A stretch of 64,000 nt of DNA from Alphaproteobacteria bacterium (GCA_963422645.2 CAXXVO010000007.1:608001-672000), one strand, 5' to 3'; shown: positions 29,749-41,646, counted from the first letter of the stretch. Made by a program: numbers and translations. The notes: generated by a model not told the origin, from the sequence alone.

Positions 29749-30200
29749 ATGTGCGAACCTTGCGTCGTTCCGCCCAAGCAGAGCGGGAGCCAGCGCCACA
29801 AGCTGTGGGAGATCCGGCCGGACCTGCGTTGCACCATTATCGGCACCTGCCTCAGCTATGCCGATCTGCTCAAGATCGGCCGCAAGGCCGGCTTCGCGCC
29901 GAGCGAAACGGCCACCGAATACGAGATGCATAACTATTTCGTGCACCGCGCCGAGGAGCCGGACCGGCTCGCCCAGCTGATGCACAAGGCGCTGGACGCC
30001 AAGTACCGGGCCGGCATTCACGCCTGCCAGCAGGCGCAGTGCGTGGCAGATCTGGAGGAATTCTGGTCGGACGCTCTCGCCAAGGGCGATATCCCCGGGC
30101 CTACTGGGCGTTGATGACGCACCCCCTGACCTCGGAAGCGCTGCTGGTCCGCGCCTTCTGCCACACGGATGCGCTCTCGCACTTTATCGCTCACGGCAGC
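29749..30200 (+). pseudogene. DUF2325-type protein N-terminal fragment, frameshifted
   Basis: KLWEI...CTIIGTCLS...GDIPG then (A)YWALMTHP in another frame at about 30100; truncated; end approximate. Confidence 0.6.
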
Positions 30201-30330
30201 CGGCCTGTGGCCGGCGCCTCCGCGAGGGCGCACCGCAAAAGCGGCGGCCCGCGGTCGCGGCCTGTCGCGCGGCCGTCGAAGACGGACGCGCTCTAGTTCT
30301 CAGTCATCCTGACGTTTGACCGCCTCGTGC

Positions 30331-31167
30331 TCAGGCGCCGGGCTTGCGGGCGTGGACGATGTAATTCACCGCGAGATTGGAGCTCGTCGTCCAGCCGCCG
30401 GCAAGCGGGTTGTAGACCATGCCCCGCATGTCGGCGACAGTCAGCCCGTGGCGGCGCAGCAGGCGCACCATCTCGGCCGGGCGCACGAAGCGCGACCAGT
30501 CGTGGCTGCCGGCCGGTAGCCAGCCCAGAATCCGCTCGGCCGCGACGATGGCCAGCGCATAGGCCGCAAGCGTGCGGTTGAGCGTCGCCACGACGAGCGA
30601 CCCGCCTGGCTTGACCAGGCTCGTGCAGGCGTCGGCGAAGACGTCGAGATCGGCCACGTGCTCGACGATTTCGAGCGCCAGCACGGCGTCGAACAGCTCG
30701 CCGTCTGCGGCCAGTGCCTCGGCCGTGGCGTGGCGGTAGTCGATGGCGAGCTCTTGCTCCTCGGCGTGGTGGCGGGCGGCGCGGATATTGGGCTCCGCCG
30801 CGTCGATGGCGACTACGTCGGCGCCCAGCCGACACAGGGGCTCGGCCATCAGGCCGCCGCCGCAGCCGACATCGAGGAGTCTCAGGCCGGCGAGGGGCTT
30901 GAGCGATGTTGCTGCGTCGGTGCGCGCGCAGGCAGCGGCTTCGGCGACCACCGCGTCCCGCACATAGGCGATGCGCACCGGGTTCAGCGCGTGGAGCGCG
31001 CGGAAGGCACCGTGACGGTCCCACCACCGCTCCGCAAGCGCGGCGAAGCGCTCGATCTCTTCCGGGTCGACGCTGGGGTCCAAAGCAGGCTCGGCCGCGG
31101 CGGCGCGGGGCGCTTCTGCACCCTCTGCGGTATCCGGCGATCGCCCTTCGCGTCTGTCCCCGGCCAT
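30331..31167 (-). CDS. ubiG: ubiquinone biosynthesis O-methyltransferase
   Basis: EIERFAALAERWWD...LHALNPVR, LDVGCGGGL and EIVEHV motifs; start uncertain. Confidence 0.93.
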   Translation of the reverse strand: MAGDRREGRSPDTAEGAEAPRAAAAEPALDPSVDPEEIERFAALAERWWDRHGAFRALHALNPVRIAYVRDAVVAEAAACARTDAATSLKPLAGLRLLDVGCGGGLMAEPLCRLGADVVAIDAAEPNIRAARHHAEEQELAIDYRHATAEALAADGELFDAVLALEIVEHVADLDVFADACTSLVKPGGSLVVATLNRTLAAYALAIVAAERILGWLPAGSHDWSRFVRPAEMVRLLRRHGLTVADMRGMVYNPLAGGWTTSSNLAVNYIVHARKPGA

Positions 31168-31283
31168 CGATGCGCTCCTCTCCGGCACGGCCGCCAGCTT
31201 GCACGGTCGCGACCGAGTCAGTATGTAGGGGCGTCTCCACGACCGGCAAGCGTCGCCTCTCCGGCGCGGACGCGTCCCATCCA

Positions 31284-32507
31284 ATGGCTCTAATCGTTCA
31301 CAAATACGGCGGCACGTCGCTGGCTGACCTCGACCGCATCAACGCCGTCGCCGACCGGGTGAAGGCCTCATTCGATGGCGGCGATGAAATAGCGGTGGTG
31401 GTCTCGGCGATGGCCGGCACCACCGACCAGCTGGTTTCCTGGGTGCGCGCCGCGGCGCCGCTCCACGATGCGCGGGAATACGACACCGTCGCCGCGGCGG
31501 GCGAGCAGATCACCGCCGGCCTGCTGGCGCTTGCGCTGCAACACCGCGGCATCACGGCGCGCTCGTGGCTCGGCTGGCAGATCCCTATTCATACCGATGG
31601 CGGCCATGGGCGCGCGCGGATCGAGGGGATCGAAACCGCAGAGCTGCACCGGCGTATCGAGCGCCGCGAGGTGCCGGTGGTGGCGGGCTTCCAGGGCCTG
31701 GGTCCGCTCGGACGGATCACGACCCTGGGCCGGGGCGGCACCGATACTTCGGCAGTCGCCCTTGCTGCGGCGCTGGGCGCGGACCGGTGCGATATCTTCA
31801 CGGACGTGGAAGGCGTGTTTACTGCCGATCCGCGCATCGTTGCGACGGCGCACAAGCTGACTAAGATTACTTACGAAGAGATGCTGGAGCTCGCCTCAGT
31901 CGGCGCCAAGGTCTTGCAGACTCGCGCCGTCGAGATGGCGATGAAGCACCAGGTGCCGCTTCAGGTCGCCTCCAGCTTCGCCAACACCCCCGGAACATTC
32001 GTGGTCGATGAGGACGATATCGTGGAACAGGAGCGGGTCAGCGGGATCGCCTATAGCAGGGACGAGGCCAAGATCACGGTGATGGGCGTCGATGACCGAC
32101 CCGGCGTTGCGGCGAGCATCTTCGGGCCCTTGGCGGACCGCAGTGTCAATGTCGACATGATCGTGCAGAACATCTCCGCCGACGGCACCACGGACCTGAC
32201 CTTCACGGTCGCGGAGGCCGATCTTGACCGCTCGATCGCGATTCTCGAGGAAACGAGGAGCGTCGTCGCCTTCGATCGGCTGGTATCGGATCAGGGCGTG
32301 GTCAAGGTCTCGGTGATCGGGGTCGGCATGCGCAGCCACGCCGGGGTGGCGCAGACGATGTTCGCGGCGCTGGCCGAGAAGGGCATCAACATCCAGGTGA
32401 TCTCGACCTCGGAGATCAAGATCAGCGTGCTGGTCTCGGAGGACTATACGGAGCTTGCCGTGCGCGCCCTTCACGCGGCCTACGGACTGGACGACCGTGA
32501 GCCCTAG
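31284..32507 (+). CDS. lysC: aspartate kinase
   Basis: KYGGTS, VVSAM, TLGRGGTD motifs, two ACT domains, ISTSEIKIS. Confidence 0.95.
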   Translation: MALIVHKYGGTSLADLDRINAVADRVKASFDGGDEIAVVVSAMAGTTDQLVSWVRAAAPLHDAREYDTVAAAGEQITAGLLALALQHRGITARSWLGWQIPIHTDGGHGRARIEGIETAELHRRIERREVPVVAGFQGLGPLGRITTLGRGGTDTSAVALAAALGADRCDIFTDVEGVFTADPRIVATAHKLTKITYEEMLELASVGAKVLQTRAVEMAMKHQVPLQVASSFANTPGTFVVDEDDIVEQERVSGIAYSRDEAKITVMGVDDRPGVAASIFGPLADRSVNVDMIVQNISADGTTDLTFTVAEADLDRSIAILEETRSVVAFDRLVSDQGVVKVSVIGVGMRSHAGVAQTMFAALAEKGINIQVISTSEIKISVLVSEDYTELAVRALHAAYGLDDREP

Positions 32508-32533
32508 AGCGGGCACCGTCCCGCGCGCGGTCC

Positions 32534-33625
32534 ATGACTGAGGCGCGCGAGAGCGCACTCCAGCGGCTCGATGCCTACTGGGCGCGGGGGCGGGCGTTCC
32601 TCGGCACCCGCTATGCGATCATGGGCGGGGCGATGTCGTGGGTCTCCGAACGGAACCTGGTGGCCGCCATCTCCAACGCCGGCGGCTTCGGCGTTGTGGC
32701 CTGCGGGTCACTCTCCCCGGATCAGCTTGCGGTGGAGATCGACGGCGTCTACGAGCGCTGCGACAAGCCCTTCGGGGTCAACATCATCGTCATGCACCCG
32801 GAGCTCGATGCGCTCGTCGCGACCTGCGTGGAGCGCAGCGTCGGCCATGTCGTGCTGGCCGGTGGGCTGCCGCCAAAGCGGACCATCGAGACGCTGAAGC
32901 AAGCCGGCACCCGGGTCGTCGCCTTCGCATCGACGCTGCCGCTCGCCCGCAGGCTCGCCAAGCAGGGCGTCGACGCACTTATAATCGAAGGCATGGAGGC
33001 GGGCGGGCACATCGGGCCTGTGTCCACCAACGTGCTCGCCCAGGAGGTTCTGCCCCATTTCGACGCCGTGCCGGTCTTCGTCGGAGGCGGCATCGGGCGG
33101 GGCGATGCGGCCGCGCTCTATCTGGCGATGGGAGCCGCCGGCTGTCAGCTGGGCACCCGCTTCGTCTGTGCGACGGAATCGATCGCCCATCCGCGTTTCA
33201 AGCAGGCGATGATTCGTGCGAATGCGCGCGATGCGCTGCTCTCGGTGCAGGTGGACCCGGATTTTCCCGTGATTCCGGTGCGCGCCGTCGCCAACAAGGC
33301 GACCGAGCATTTCGAGGCGTTTCAGCGGGAGACCATCGCGCGCTATCGCCAGGGCGACATGGAACTCGGCGAGGCACGGCTTGCCATCGAGCATTTCTGG
33401 GCCGGCGCGCTGCGGCGTGCCGCGATCGAGGGCAACGTCGAGGACGGCTCGCTCATGGCCGGCCAAAGCGTCGGCATGGTAACTTCGGAGCAGTCGACGG
33501 GCGAGATTATAGCTGAACTGGTGGATCAAGCAGCGAATGCGATTGCACTCAGCGTTGAACGCGGTGCGGCGGGTATTGCCGACGGTAGTCGACCGGCACA
33601 TCGACCACTGCCCGCCAGCGCATGA
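32534..33625 (+). CDS. nitronate monooxygenase/FabK-like flavin oxidoreductase
   Basis: GGAMSWVS, EAGGHIG, QLGTRF and MAGQSVG motifs. Confidence 0.9.
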   Translation: MTEARESALQRLDAYWARGRAFLGTRYAIMGGAMSWVSERNLVAAISNAGGFGVVACGSLSPDQLAVEIDGVYERCDKPFGVNIIVMHPELDALVATCVERSVGHVVLAGGLPPKRTIETLKQAGTRVVAFASTLPLARRLAKQGVDALIIEGMEAGGHIGPVSTNVLAQEVLPHFDAVPVFVGGGIGRGDAAALYLAMGAAGCQLGTRFVCATESIAHPRFKQAMIRANARDALLSVQVDPDFPVIPVRAVANKATEHFEAFQRETIARYRQGDMELGEARLAIEHFWAGALRRAAIEGNVEDGSLMAGQSVGMVTSEQSTGEIIAELVDQAANAIALSVERGAAGIADGSRPAHRPLPASA

Positions 33626-33876
33626 CAGTGGTCTTACAGTGCGTAAGTCCATGTTTGCGCTGTATGACAGCCGATGATAACATCCTCAGCTTAGCTGATG
33701 GTACCGGGGGACGGCTGATCGAGTCGCAGTCTCTTCCAGCCGGGGAAATAACTGGCAAATCGAGGCGGCGACGCGGACACAAGACGGAGCGGATCGTAAG
33801 GTCGCAAGCGGGTGCCTGAGCGCGCAACGCCGACTGGGAGGGAGGCGTGCGTGCTCGCGGTTGCAGGACGCGAGTT

Positions 33877-35484
33877 ATGAAGGAACCTCTGCGGGTGCCG
33901 TTCGAGGCAACCGAGCCTGATCTGGCCGGGCCGCGACTCGTTCACGAGACGGGACGCGAAGACCCGAAAGCCCTCCCGAGCTTCTGCGAAGAGCTGCGGG
34001 AAGCGCGAAACAGGGGCGGCTACAGCATAGCCGACGCCGCTCATGTGCTGCGCATACAGAAGCACTACCTCGAAGCGCTCGAGGAAGGTCGCTTCGACCA
34101 AATCCCCGGTACGACCTACGCGATCGGGTTCTTGCGCAGCTATTCGGGCTTCCTCGGGCTCGATCCGGACGACATCGTCGATGCCTTCAAGCGCGAGCAA
34201 GGTCTTGAACGGAGCGAGCAACGGCTTGCCTTTCCGTCACCCAGCGATACCAGCCCCAAGCCGAAGTTCTGGCTCATTCTCCTCGTCCTGGTGATGGCGG
34301 GCCTCGCCTACGGCGGCTGGCAGTACCAGTCGACCGGAGGCCAGATTGCGACCGACCTGGTGGACGATGTCTCGACCCGGCTGACCGAAGCCGTAGGCAT
34401 GGGTGAGGCCGTCGCGCCGGAGGACGCCGCCGCCACGAGCCAGACGGCCGCCTCCACGGCAGCGGCTCCGACCGACGCCGCGCCCGCAACGGAGACCACC
34501 GCCGGGGCCGCGGTGGAGACTCCTGCCGCGCCGGCCGCAGCGGTTGTCGAGGAAGAGGCAGCCTCCGCACCGCCCGAGCCCGCGCCGGCGGTGGCACGGC
34601 AGGAAGAGCCCGCACAAGCAGACCCGGCACCGGCGGAGCCCGCCGCGACGGATGTCGCCGAGTCAGGACTTATCCCGTCGGCCGAGGTCTGGGACGAGTC
34701 CGGTCCGGCCGAAGCGACGGAGGTTGCAGCACTTGAGGGATCGCAGGCCGAGGACTCGGCGGTCCAACAGCCGCCTGCAAGGGTCGAAGCGGCCACCGAA
34801 GCCGCGCCTGCGGAGCCAGAGCCGGCAGCGCCGGCCGAGCCCCTTCCGGTAGCCGACGCGGTTGCGCCCAGCGAGCCGGCTGTCGCGCCTGCGGAGACGC
34901 CCGATTCGAGTTCGCCAATCGCGGCCCCGCTCGATCTCGCAGTCGTCGCCACCGGCGGGACGAGCAGCGCCACCGCCGCCAACGAGGAGGCGAGCGCGGT
35001 TGACGAGGCCCAGCCGGGCGGGTCCACCAGCAGTGCCGATACCCTTCCTGCGGATAGCGCTAGCGATACCCCAGCCGTGACCGCTGCACCGGAGCCGGCG
35101 ATCGACCCCGAGCCAGAGCAGACCGCCGCGGTCTCAGAACCGGCGGCGGCGGAGCCCGAGTTGCCGGTGGAGGCCGCCTATGTTCCAAAGGTCTACGGGC
35201 GGAGCAACCTCGATGCCCGCGTGGTCATCACGGCGGTTGACGACAGTTGGGTTCAGGTCCAGGGACCGGACAACGAGCTCCTGCTGACGCGGATCCTCCA
35301 TCCGGGCGATACCTACCGTGTGCCCGACCGGCCCGGCCTTGTCATGGTGACCGGGAACGCCGGCGGTCTCGAGATTCAGGTCGACGATGCTGCGGCGCCC
35401 GCGCTCGGCCCGCTCGGCGTGGTCATGCGAAATATCGCGCTCGACCCGGATCGCCTCCTGGCCGGCAACGCCACCGGCGGATAG
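33877..35484 (+). CDS. rodZ: cytoskeleton protein RodZ (HTH, TM, Ala/Pro/Glu linker, DUF4115)
   Basis: LRIQKHYLEALEEG...YAIGFLRSY, one TM helix, SWVQV...GNAGGL. Confidence 0.85.
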   Translation: MKEPLRVPFEATEPDLAGPRLVHETGREDPKALPSFCEELREARNRGGYSIADAAHVLRIQKHYLEALEEGRFDQIPGTTYAIGFLRSYSGFLGLDPDDIVDAFKREQGLERSEQRLAFPSPSDTSPKPKFWLILLVLVMAGLAYGGWQYQSTGGQIATDLVDDVSTRLTEAVGMGEAVAPEDAAATSQTAASTAAAPTDAAPATETTAGAAVETPAAPAAAVVEEEAASAPPEPAPAVARQEEPAQADPAPAEPAATDVAESGLIPSAEVWDESGPAEATEVAALEGSQAEDSAVQQPPARVEAATEAAPAEPEPAAPAEPLPVADAVAPSEPAVAPAETPDSSSPIAAPLDLAVVATGGTSSATAANEEASAVDEAQPGGSTSSADTLPADSASDTPAVTAAPEPAIDPEPEQTAAVSEPAAAEPELPVEAAYVPKVYGRSNLDARVVITAVDDSWVQVQGPDNELLLTRILHPGDTYRVPDRPGLVMVTGNAGGLEIQVDDAAAPALGPLGVVMRNIALDPDRLLAGNATGG

Positions 35485-35586
35485 GCGCGCGCGGCGGAAG
35501 CCGCCGCTTGCCGAGACAACCGAAACGAGTCACTAAACCCGCCGTCACGCTGGTCGAAGCACCGGCACCGTTCGGGAACCCAGACA

Positions 35587-36848
35587 GTGCGTAGAATTCA
35601 GCCGGTTCGTGGAACGCACGACCTCGCGGCCGACGCGATGCGCCGCCACCGCCACGTTATCGAGCATGCCCGCACACTTGCCGCCCGCTACGGGTTCGCC
35701 GAGGTGGCGACGCCGATCTTCGAGTTCAGCGACGTGTTTCGCCGCACGCTGGGCGATACCTCGGACATCGTGACCAAGGAGATGTACACCTTCACTGATC
35801 GCGGAGGCTCCGAGCTCACGCTCAGGCCCGAGAACACGGCGGGCGTCGCGCGCGCGGTGATCGGCGGCACCTTGGGCGAGCGCCGGCCGTTCAAGTGCTT
35901 CTATGCCGGGCCGATGTTTCGCTACGAGAGGCCGCAGAGGGGCCGGCTGCGCCAGTTTCATCAGATTGGGGTCGAGTTGATCGGCGCTCCCGAGCCGCTC
36001 GCCGACATCGAGGTGATCGCGCTCGGCGCGCACCTGCTCGAGACGCTGGGCGTACTCGATCAGGTCACGCTGGAGATCAACACGCTTGCCGATGATGCCA
36101 GCCGCAGCGCCTACCGTGGGGCGCTCGTCGCCCACCTTGAGGCCCACGAAGACGCCTTGTCCGAGGAGAGCAGGCAGCGGCTCCGGCGCAACCCGCTGCG
36201 CGTCCTCGATTCCAAGGACGAAGGCGACCGGGCGGTGCTGGCCGACGCGCCCGCAATCGACGCGCATTTGAGCCCGGAGGCGGCGGCGTTCTTCGACACC
36301 GTGTGCGAAGGGCTCAGCGGGCTGGGAATTGCCTTCACCCGCAACGCTCGTCTCGTACGCGGCCTCGACTATTACTGCCACACGGCCTTCGAGTTCACGA
36401 CCGAGGCGCTCGGGGCCCAGGGCGCCGTGCTCGCCGGCGGCCGTTACGACGGCCTGGTAGAGACCATGGGCGGACCGGCCACACCCGGCGTCGGCTGGGC
36501 CGGCGGGGTCGAGCGGCTTGCCGCCCTGGTGGAAGAGGTGGTGGGCGACGTGGCGGCGGCACCCCGGCCCGTCGCCATCGTGCCCCTCGGCGCGCGGGCC
36601 GAGGCTGCTGCGCTCGGGCTCGCACAGCGCTTGCGGTACGATGGCTTTGCGGTGGAACTGACTTATCGCGGCTCACTCTCGAAGCGGCTGAAGCGAGCCG
36701 ATCAGGCGCGCGCAGCGGCGGCGGTCATCCTGGGCGATGACGAGATGGAGCGTGGCGTGGCGACGATCCGCGACCTCGACAGCGGCGACCAGGTCGAGGC
36801 GCCGGAAGCCGAGCTCGGCACGCACCTCGCCCGCTACGCGCCCGGCCG

Positions 36849-36852
<4 letters not shown>
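35587..36852 (+). CDS. hisS: histidine--tRNA ligase
   Basis: [25 protein letters not shown] and GGRYD motifs. Confidence 0.96.
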
Positions 36853-37933
<1,081 letters not shown>

Positions 37934-37937
<4 letters not shown>

Positions 37938-38863
37938 TCGGCGCGTCGGCGAGCCGGGCGGCGGCGCTCGGCACCGCAACGGCAGAGCTGCGCGCGGCCG
38001 GCATCGATGCGCCGCGCCGCGATGCCCGCCTTCTGATGCAGCATGCGCTGGGACTCTCGCCCGAATCCTTGCTCGCGGACGACCGGCTGCCGCTCGGCGA
38101 GGACGAGGCCGGGCGGCTGACGGCGCTTGTCCACAGGCGCGCAGCGCGCGAGCCGATCGCCTATCTCACCGGCAGGCGCGAGTTCTGGAGCCTCGAGCTC
38201 GCCGTCGACCGGTCCGCGCTGGTGCCGCGGCCGGAGAGCGAGACCCTGGTCGAGGCGGTGCTGGACCGCGCCCCGCGCCTCCCCGCGCACCCGCGGCTGC
38301 TGGATCTCGGCACGGGCACGGGCTGCCTGCTGGTCGCGCTCCTGAGCGAGCTTCCCGGCGCGGTCGGGCTCGGTATCGATGTCAGCGCCGCTGCCGTCTC
38401 GCTGGCGCGGGCCAACGCGCGCCGCCACGGTCTCGGCGAGCGGGCTTCCTTCGCCGTTGCCGACTGGGGCGCAGCGCTCGCCGCTCGCTTCGATGTCGTG
38501 GTGAGCAATCCGCCTTATGTGGCGACGCCCGAGTTGGTATCGCTCGCGCCGGAGATCGCCCGCCACGAGCCGCGGACGGCGCTTGCCGGCGGGGCAGACG
38601 GGTACGAATGCTACCGGCGACTCGCGCCGCAAATTGCGCGACTCCTGGCATCGGGAGGACTGGCCGCAATCGAGCTTGGTGCGGGGATGGCGGATGAAGT
38701 CCGGTCGTTGTTTGCCGCTTCCGGACTCTTAGAGATCGGTCGTCGTCGCGACCTTTCCGGAATTGAGCGCTGCGCGCTCTTTGCCCGCGGTACCGATGTC
38801 GGAATCTGGTCCGAAGGGAGAAATTTCTTGCCCGCAAAACACGCCGGCTTGCAAAAAAGGTAA
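37934..38863 (+). CDS. prmC: release factor glutamine methyltransferase (3' end clipped by IS66)
   Basis: [14 protein letters not shown] and NPPY motifs; stop supplied by the IS66 end. Confidence 0.94.
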
Positions 38864-40747
38864 CTGCCCAGGTTCTTGCTGTGAAAATTCTCTGGGATTC
38901 GGCACAACGCTACCCACGCGACGCCCGTGTGCTCCTCTGGGGTCGCCGGGTTTCACAGCTCACGATGCCCCTCTTGCGGACTGCGACCGGTAAGCTACCC
39001 CGATGTGGCCCGAAGTCCGCCCGCGCGACGGGCACCGATTTTCATTCTATGGGGTGGTCCAGCACGGCGTCGACCATGATCGTTTATGAGAATGGCTCCG
39101 CTGTTGGAGAACCCGTGCCAGGTGAGCTTACGCGCACTTGACGGTGGCGATGAGCCGATCCGATGGGCTGGTCAGGGCTTCGATGATATTCCAGCCCTGC
39201 TTTCTGGCGGTGGTGATGACGCTGCGCAGGATGGCGAAGTTCTCGGCCCCCTGCGCGGACCGGAAGCCCCCGGAGATCTTCTGGCGCAGCTTCATCATCC
39301 GAAGGTCGCGCTCGGCCTCGTTGTTCGTGAACCCGACCTCGAGGTCGATCAGGAACCGGAGCACCGCGCATTTGTGGTCGCGCAGCCTCAAGGCCAGATT
39401 GTGACCGATCCTTCGCTTCCGGCGCTTCTTCCTCTTGCCAGGCGAGAACGGTGGTTGGCTCTCGTGAAAGGCCAGCGCATCGGCGATGATCTCGTCGTAT
39501 CGGCGCTCGATCAGCGCCACAAGCCTCGCCGGAACGGCGATATCCTTGTCCAGCGCGATGCGGGCGGCGCGATTGGCTCGGCGCAGGAGCTGCTGCATCC
39601 GCCGGGCCCAAGCCTCCCCTTCGATGTCCACCAGCGCCTGCAACTCCCGCAGGTGATGGGCGTTGCACAGGCCGTGCTCCACCCCTTCCATCGCGAAGTA
39701 CGGCTTCCAGTGATCGTGCACGACGATGCCGGAGACACCCGAGAGCAGGGCGCCGCGCTTGCCGCTGACCCGGTACGCCGCCAGCAGCGGCGTGCAGATC
39801 ACATGAAGCCACTGCGTCTGACCGCCGATCCGCAAGCCGGTCTCGTCCATGTGTTTCACCCGCGCCGTGCCCGCCGCCAGGTCCTGTATGTGCAAGGCCG
39901 CGTCCCGCAGCCGCTCGGCCGCCCTCTCGCTCATCGTCGCCAACGTCGCAGCCGTCACCGGCGCGCCGAAGAGCTCGGCCATCACCTGCGACAGCCGATC
40001 CTCCGGCAGGAAGTGAGCGTGCTGAAGGTAGACCGCCACCCCGGCAATGCGCGGGCCGTACTGCACCGGCGCCGACACCCCGTCGGGGAACGCCGCCCGG
40101 GTCACCGTCCCGCAATGCCCGCAGCACTTGGCATGCGCCCGGTGCTCGGTCACCTCCAGGGGGCTCGGCTCGGGCAGATCGAACACCTGGCGGGCGACGG
40201 GCGTTCCCGCCCTGGCCGCGTCCGAAAGCGGCGAACCGCATCCCTTGCAGGAAGCCGGGACGTGATCCTTCACCCGATCCGGGTGATCGGCGCGGCGCAG
40301 CGTCTTGCCCTTGTGGCCGGGCTGGCCACCGGGCTTGCGGCCCGATTTGCCGCGCAGGCTTCGGGTTCGCCGCTTCGAATTCGGCTTCCTCAGCCCATCG
40401 CTCGAAGGCGGCTTGCCGCTGTTGCCGCTGTTGAGGCCGAGACGGCGCTCCAACTCCTCGATGCGCTCGACGAGACGCGCGACTTGCTCTTCCAGCCGCG
40501 CGTTCTGCTGCCGAAGCCAGGCATTTTCCTCCCGAAGCCGGGCGTTCTCCTCCTCCAGGCGGGCGATCTTCTGCGCGGGCGTTTCGGGCGCTGCTCCCGT
40601 CGAAGGGCCGCGCGGCGACTCGGGATTGCTCATGTCGTTGTTGAGTCATTTCCCGAAATTCCCGTCAAGCCCTTTCCACCAACTCCGAACGAGAAACGCC
40701 TCAATCCACTGGCCCAAAATGACAAATCAGACGACCTGGGCAGTTAC
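38860..40747 (-). mobile_element. IS66 family (single-ORF, ISBst12-like) element, copy 1
   Basis: 14-bp IR GTAACTGCCCAGGT; 8-bp TSD CAAAAAAG (38852-38859 and 40748-40755). Confidence 0.95.
39128..40633 (-). CDS. tnpC: IS66 transposase TnpC
   Basis: Coiled coil, NSGKPPSSD, Zn finger, DETG, CNAHHLREL and TNNEAERDLR motifs. Confidence 0.95.
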   Translation of the reverse strand: MSNPESPRGPSTGAAPETPAQKIARLEEENARLREENAWLRQQNARLEEQVARLVERIEELERRLGLNSGNSGKPPSSDGLRKPNSKRRTRSLRGKSGRKPGGQPGHKGKTLRRADHPDRVKDHVPASCKGCGSPLSDAARAGTPVARQVFDLPEPSPLEVTEHRAHAKCCGHCGTVTRAAFPDGVSAPVQYGPRIAGVAVYLQHAHFLPEDRLSQVMAELFGAPVTAATLATMSERAAERLRDAALHIQDLAAGTARVKHMDETGLRIGGQTQWLHVICTPLLAAYRVSGKRGALLSGVSGIVVHDHWKPYFAMEGVEHGLCNAHHLRELQALVDIEGEAWARRMQQLLRRANRAARIALDKDIAVPARLVALIERRYDEIIADALAFHESQPPFSPGKRKKRRKRRIGHNLALRLRDHKCAVLRFLIDLEVGFTNNEAERDLRMMKLRQKISGGFRSAQGAENFAILRSVITTARKQGWNIIEALTSPSDRLIATVKCA

Positions 40748-40920
40748 CAAAAAAGAGGTTGCAAACCGCGCGATGTTGGTTAGGGTTCGCGGGACTCGCG
40801 ATCCTTGACCGGTTAACGGTCTCGCGGAGTTCCTCAGCGAAAGAAGCTGGCAAGCGTGCCCGGACGCAACGCAGTCGGAGCGCGGCTCGTGGACGCCGGT
40901 TAGGTGAGAAGGCGATTGGT

Positions 40921-41367
40921 ATGAAAGGTCCAAACAACAAGCGCCCGCGCGGGTATAGAGGGAACGGACGGCGCCCCGGTTTTCAAGGGCGTGGTTCGAC
41001 CTTCGAGAGCAACGGCCCCGAAGGAAAGATTCGCGGAACCGCGTTCCAGGTCATAGAGAAATACCAGGCCTTGGCGCAGGACGCGCTCTCGGCCGGGGAC
41101 CGAATCGGCGCAGAAAATTTCTTCCAGCACGCCGAACATTACTATCGCGTGGTTGCCGCCAATGGCTGGGACCAGCGGGGGCAACGCCCGCAGGGTCAAC
41201 AGCACCAGCAGAACCAGCAGCCCCAGCCACAGCAGCGGGTTGAGCCCGAGCAAAAGCCGGGTGGGGAGCAGGAGCCGGCCGCCAACGCCGAACCTAAGAC
41301 CCAGGTGGCGAGGGCCGACGAGCCGGCGGCAGACACGGCCGAGGAGCACGCGCCCCGGGCTTCCTGA
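40921..41367 (+). CDS. DUF4167 domain protein
   Basis: FESNGPEGKIRGTA...EKY...AENFFQHAEHYYR; usual position between prmC and clpB. Confidence 0.9.
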   Translation: MKGPNNKRPRGYRGNGRRPGFQGRGSTFESNGPEGKIRGTAFQVIEKYQALAQDALSAGDRIGAENFFQHAEHYYRVVAANGWDQRGQRPQGQQHQQNQQPQPQQRVEPEQKPGGEQEPAANAEPKTQVARADEPAADTAEEHAPRAS

Positions 41368-41616
41368 CCGGGCTTTTCCAACCCGGCCCGATCCCTTTCG
41401 CGTTTTCTCGCTTTTTCCCGGTTGCCGCTCTCGGAGAGCGCGGTTGGCGTCCGCTGTCTGCCTCGTCGTCGCCTCCGCCATTGCCGACGGCCGCCGCTTG
41501 TCCTGCGGAAATCCCGCCTCGTCTCGGCGCATCCCATAGTTCTTTTATGGTGCGCCCACGCGCGATGCCGTAGGACCGGAATGCCCGGCGCGTGAGGGAT
41601 GCGAAGCCGCCACGCC

Positions 41617-41646
41617 CTTGCCGCACCGGTGCCGGACCCCAATATA
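41617..41646 (+). promoter_or_regulatory. RpoH (sigma32)-like promoter of clpB
   Basis: CTTGcc-N16-CCAATAT resembles the alphaproteobacterial heat-shock consensus. Confidence 0.6.

Noticed and set aside
34400-35180. Low-complexity Ala/Pro/Glu region as a tandem repeat array
   Set aside because: Ordinary RodZ linker with no regular DNA periodicity
39086-40783. Long plus-strand ORF (also 44941-47448) and the 521-aa alternative-frame ORF
   Set aside because: Shadow frames of the IS66 transposase in GC-rich DNA, with no recognisable motifs
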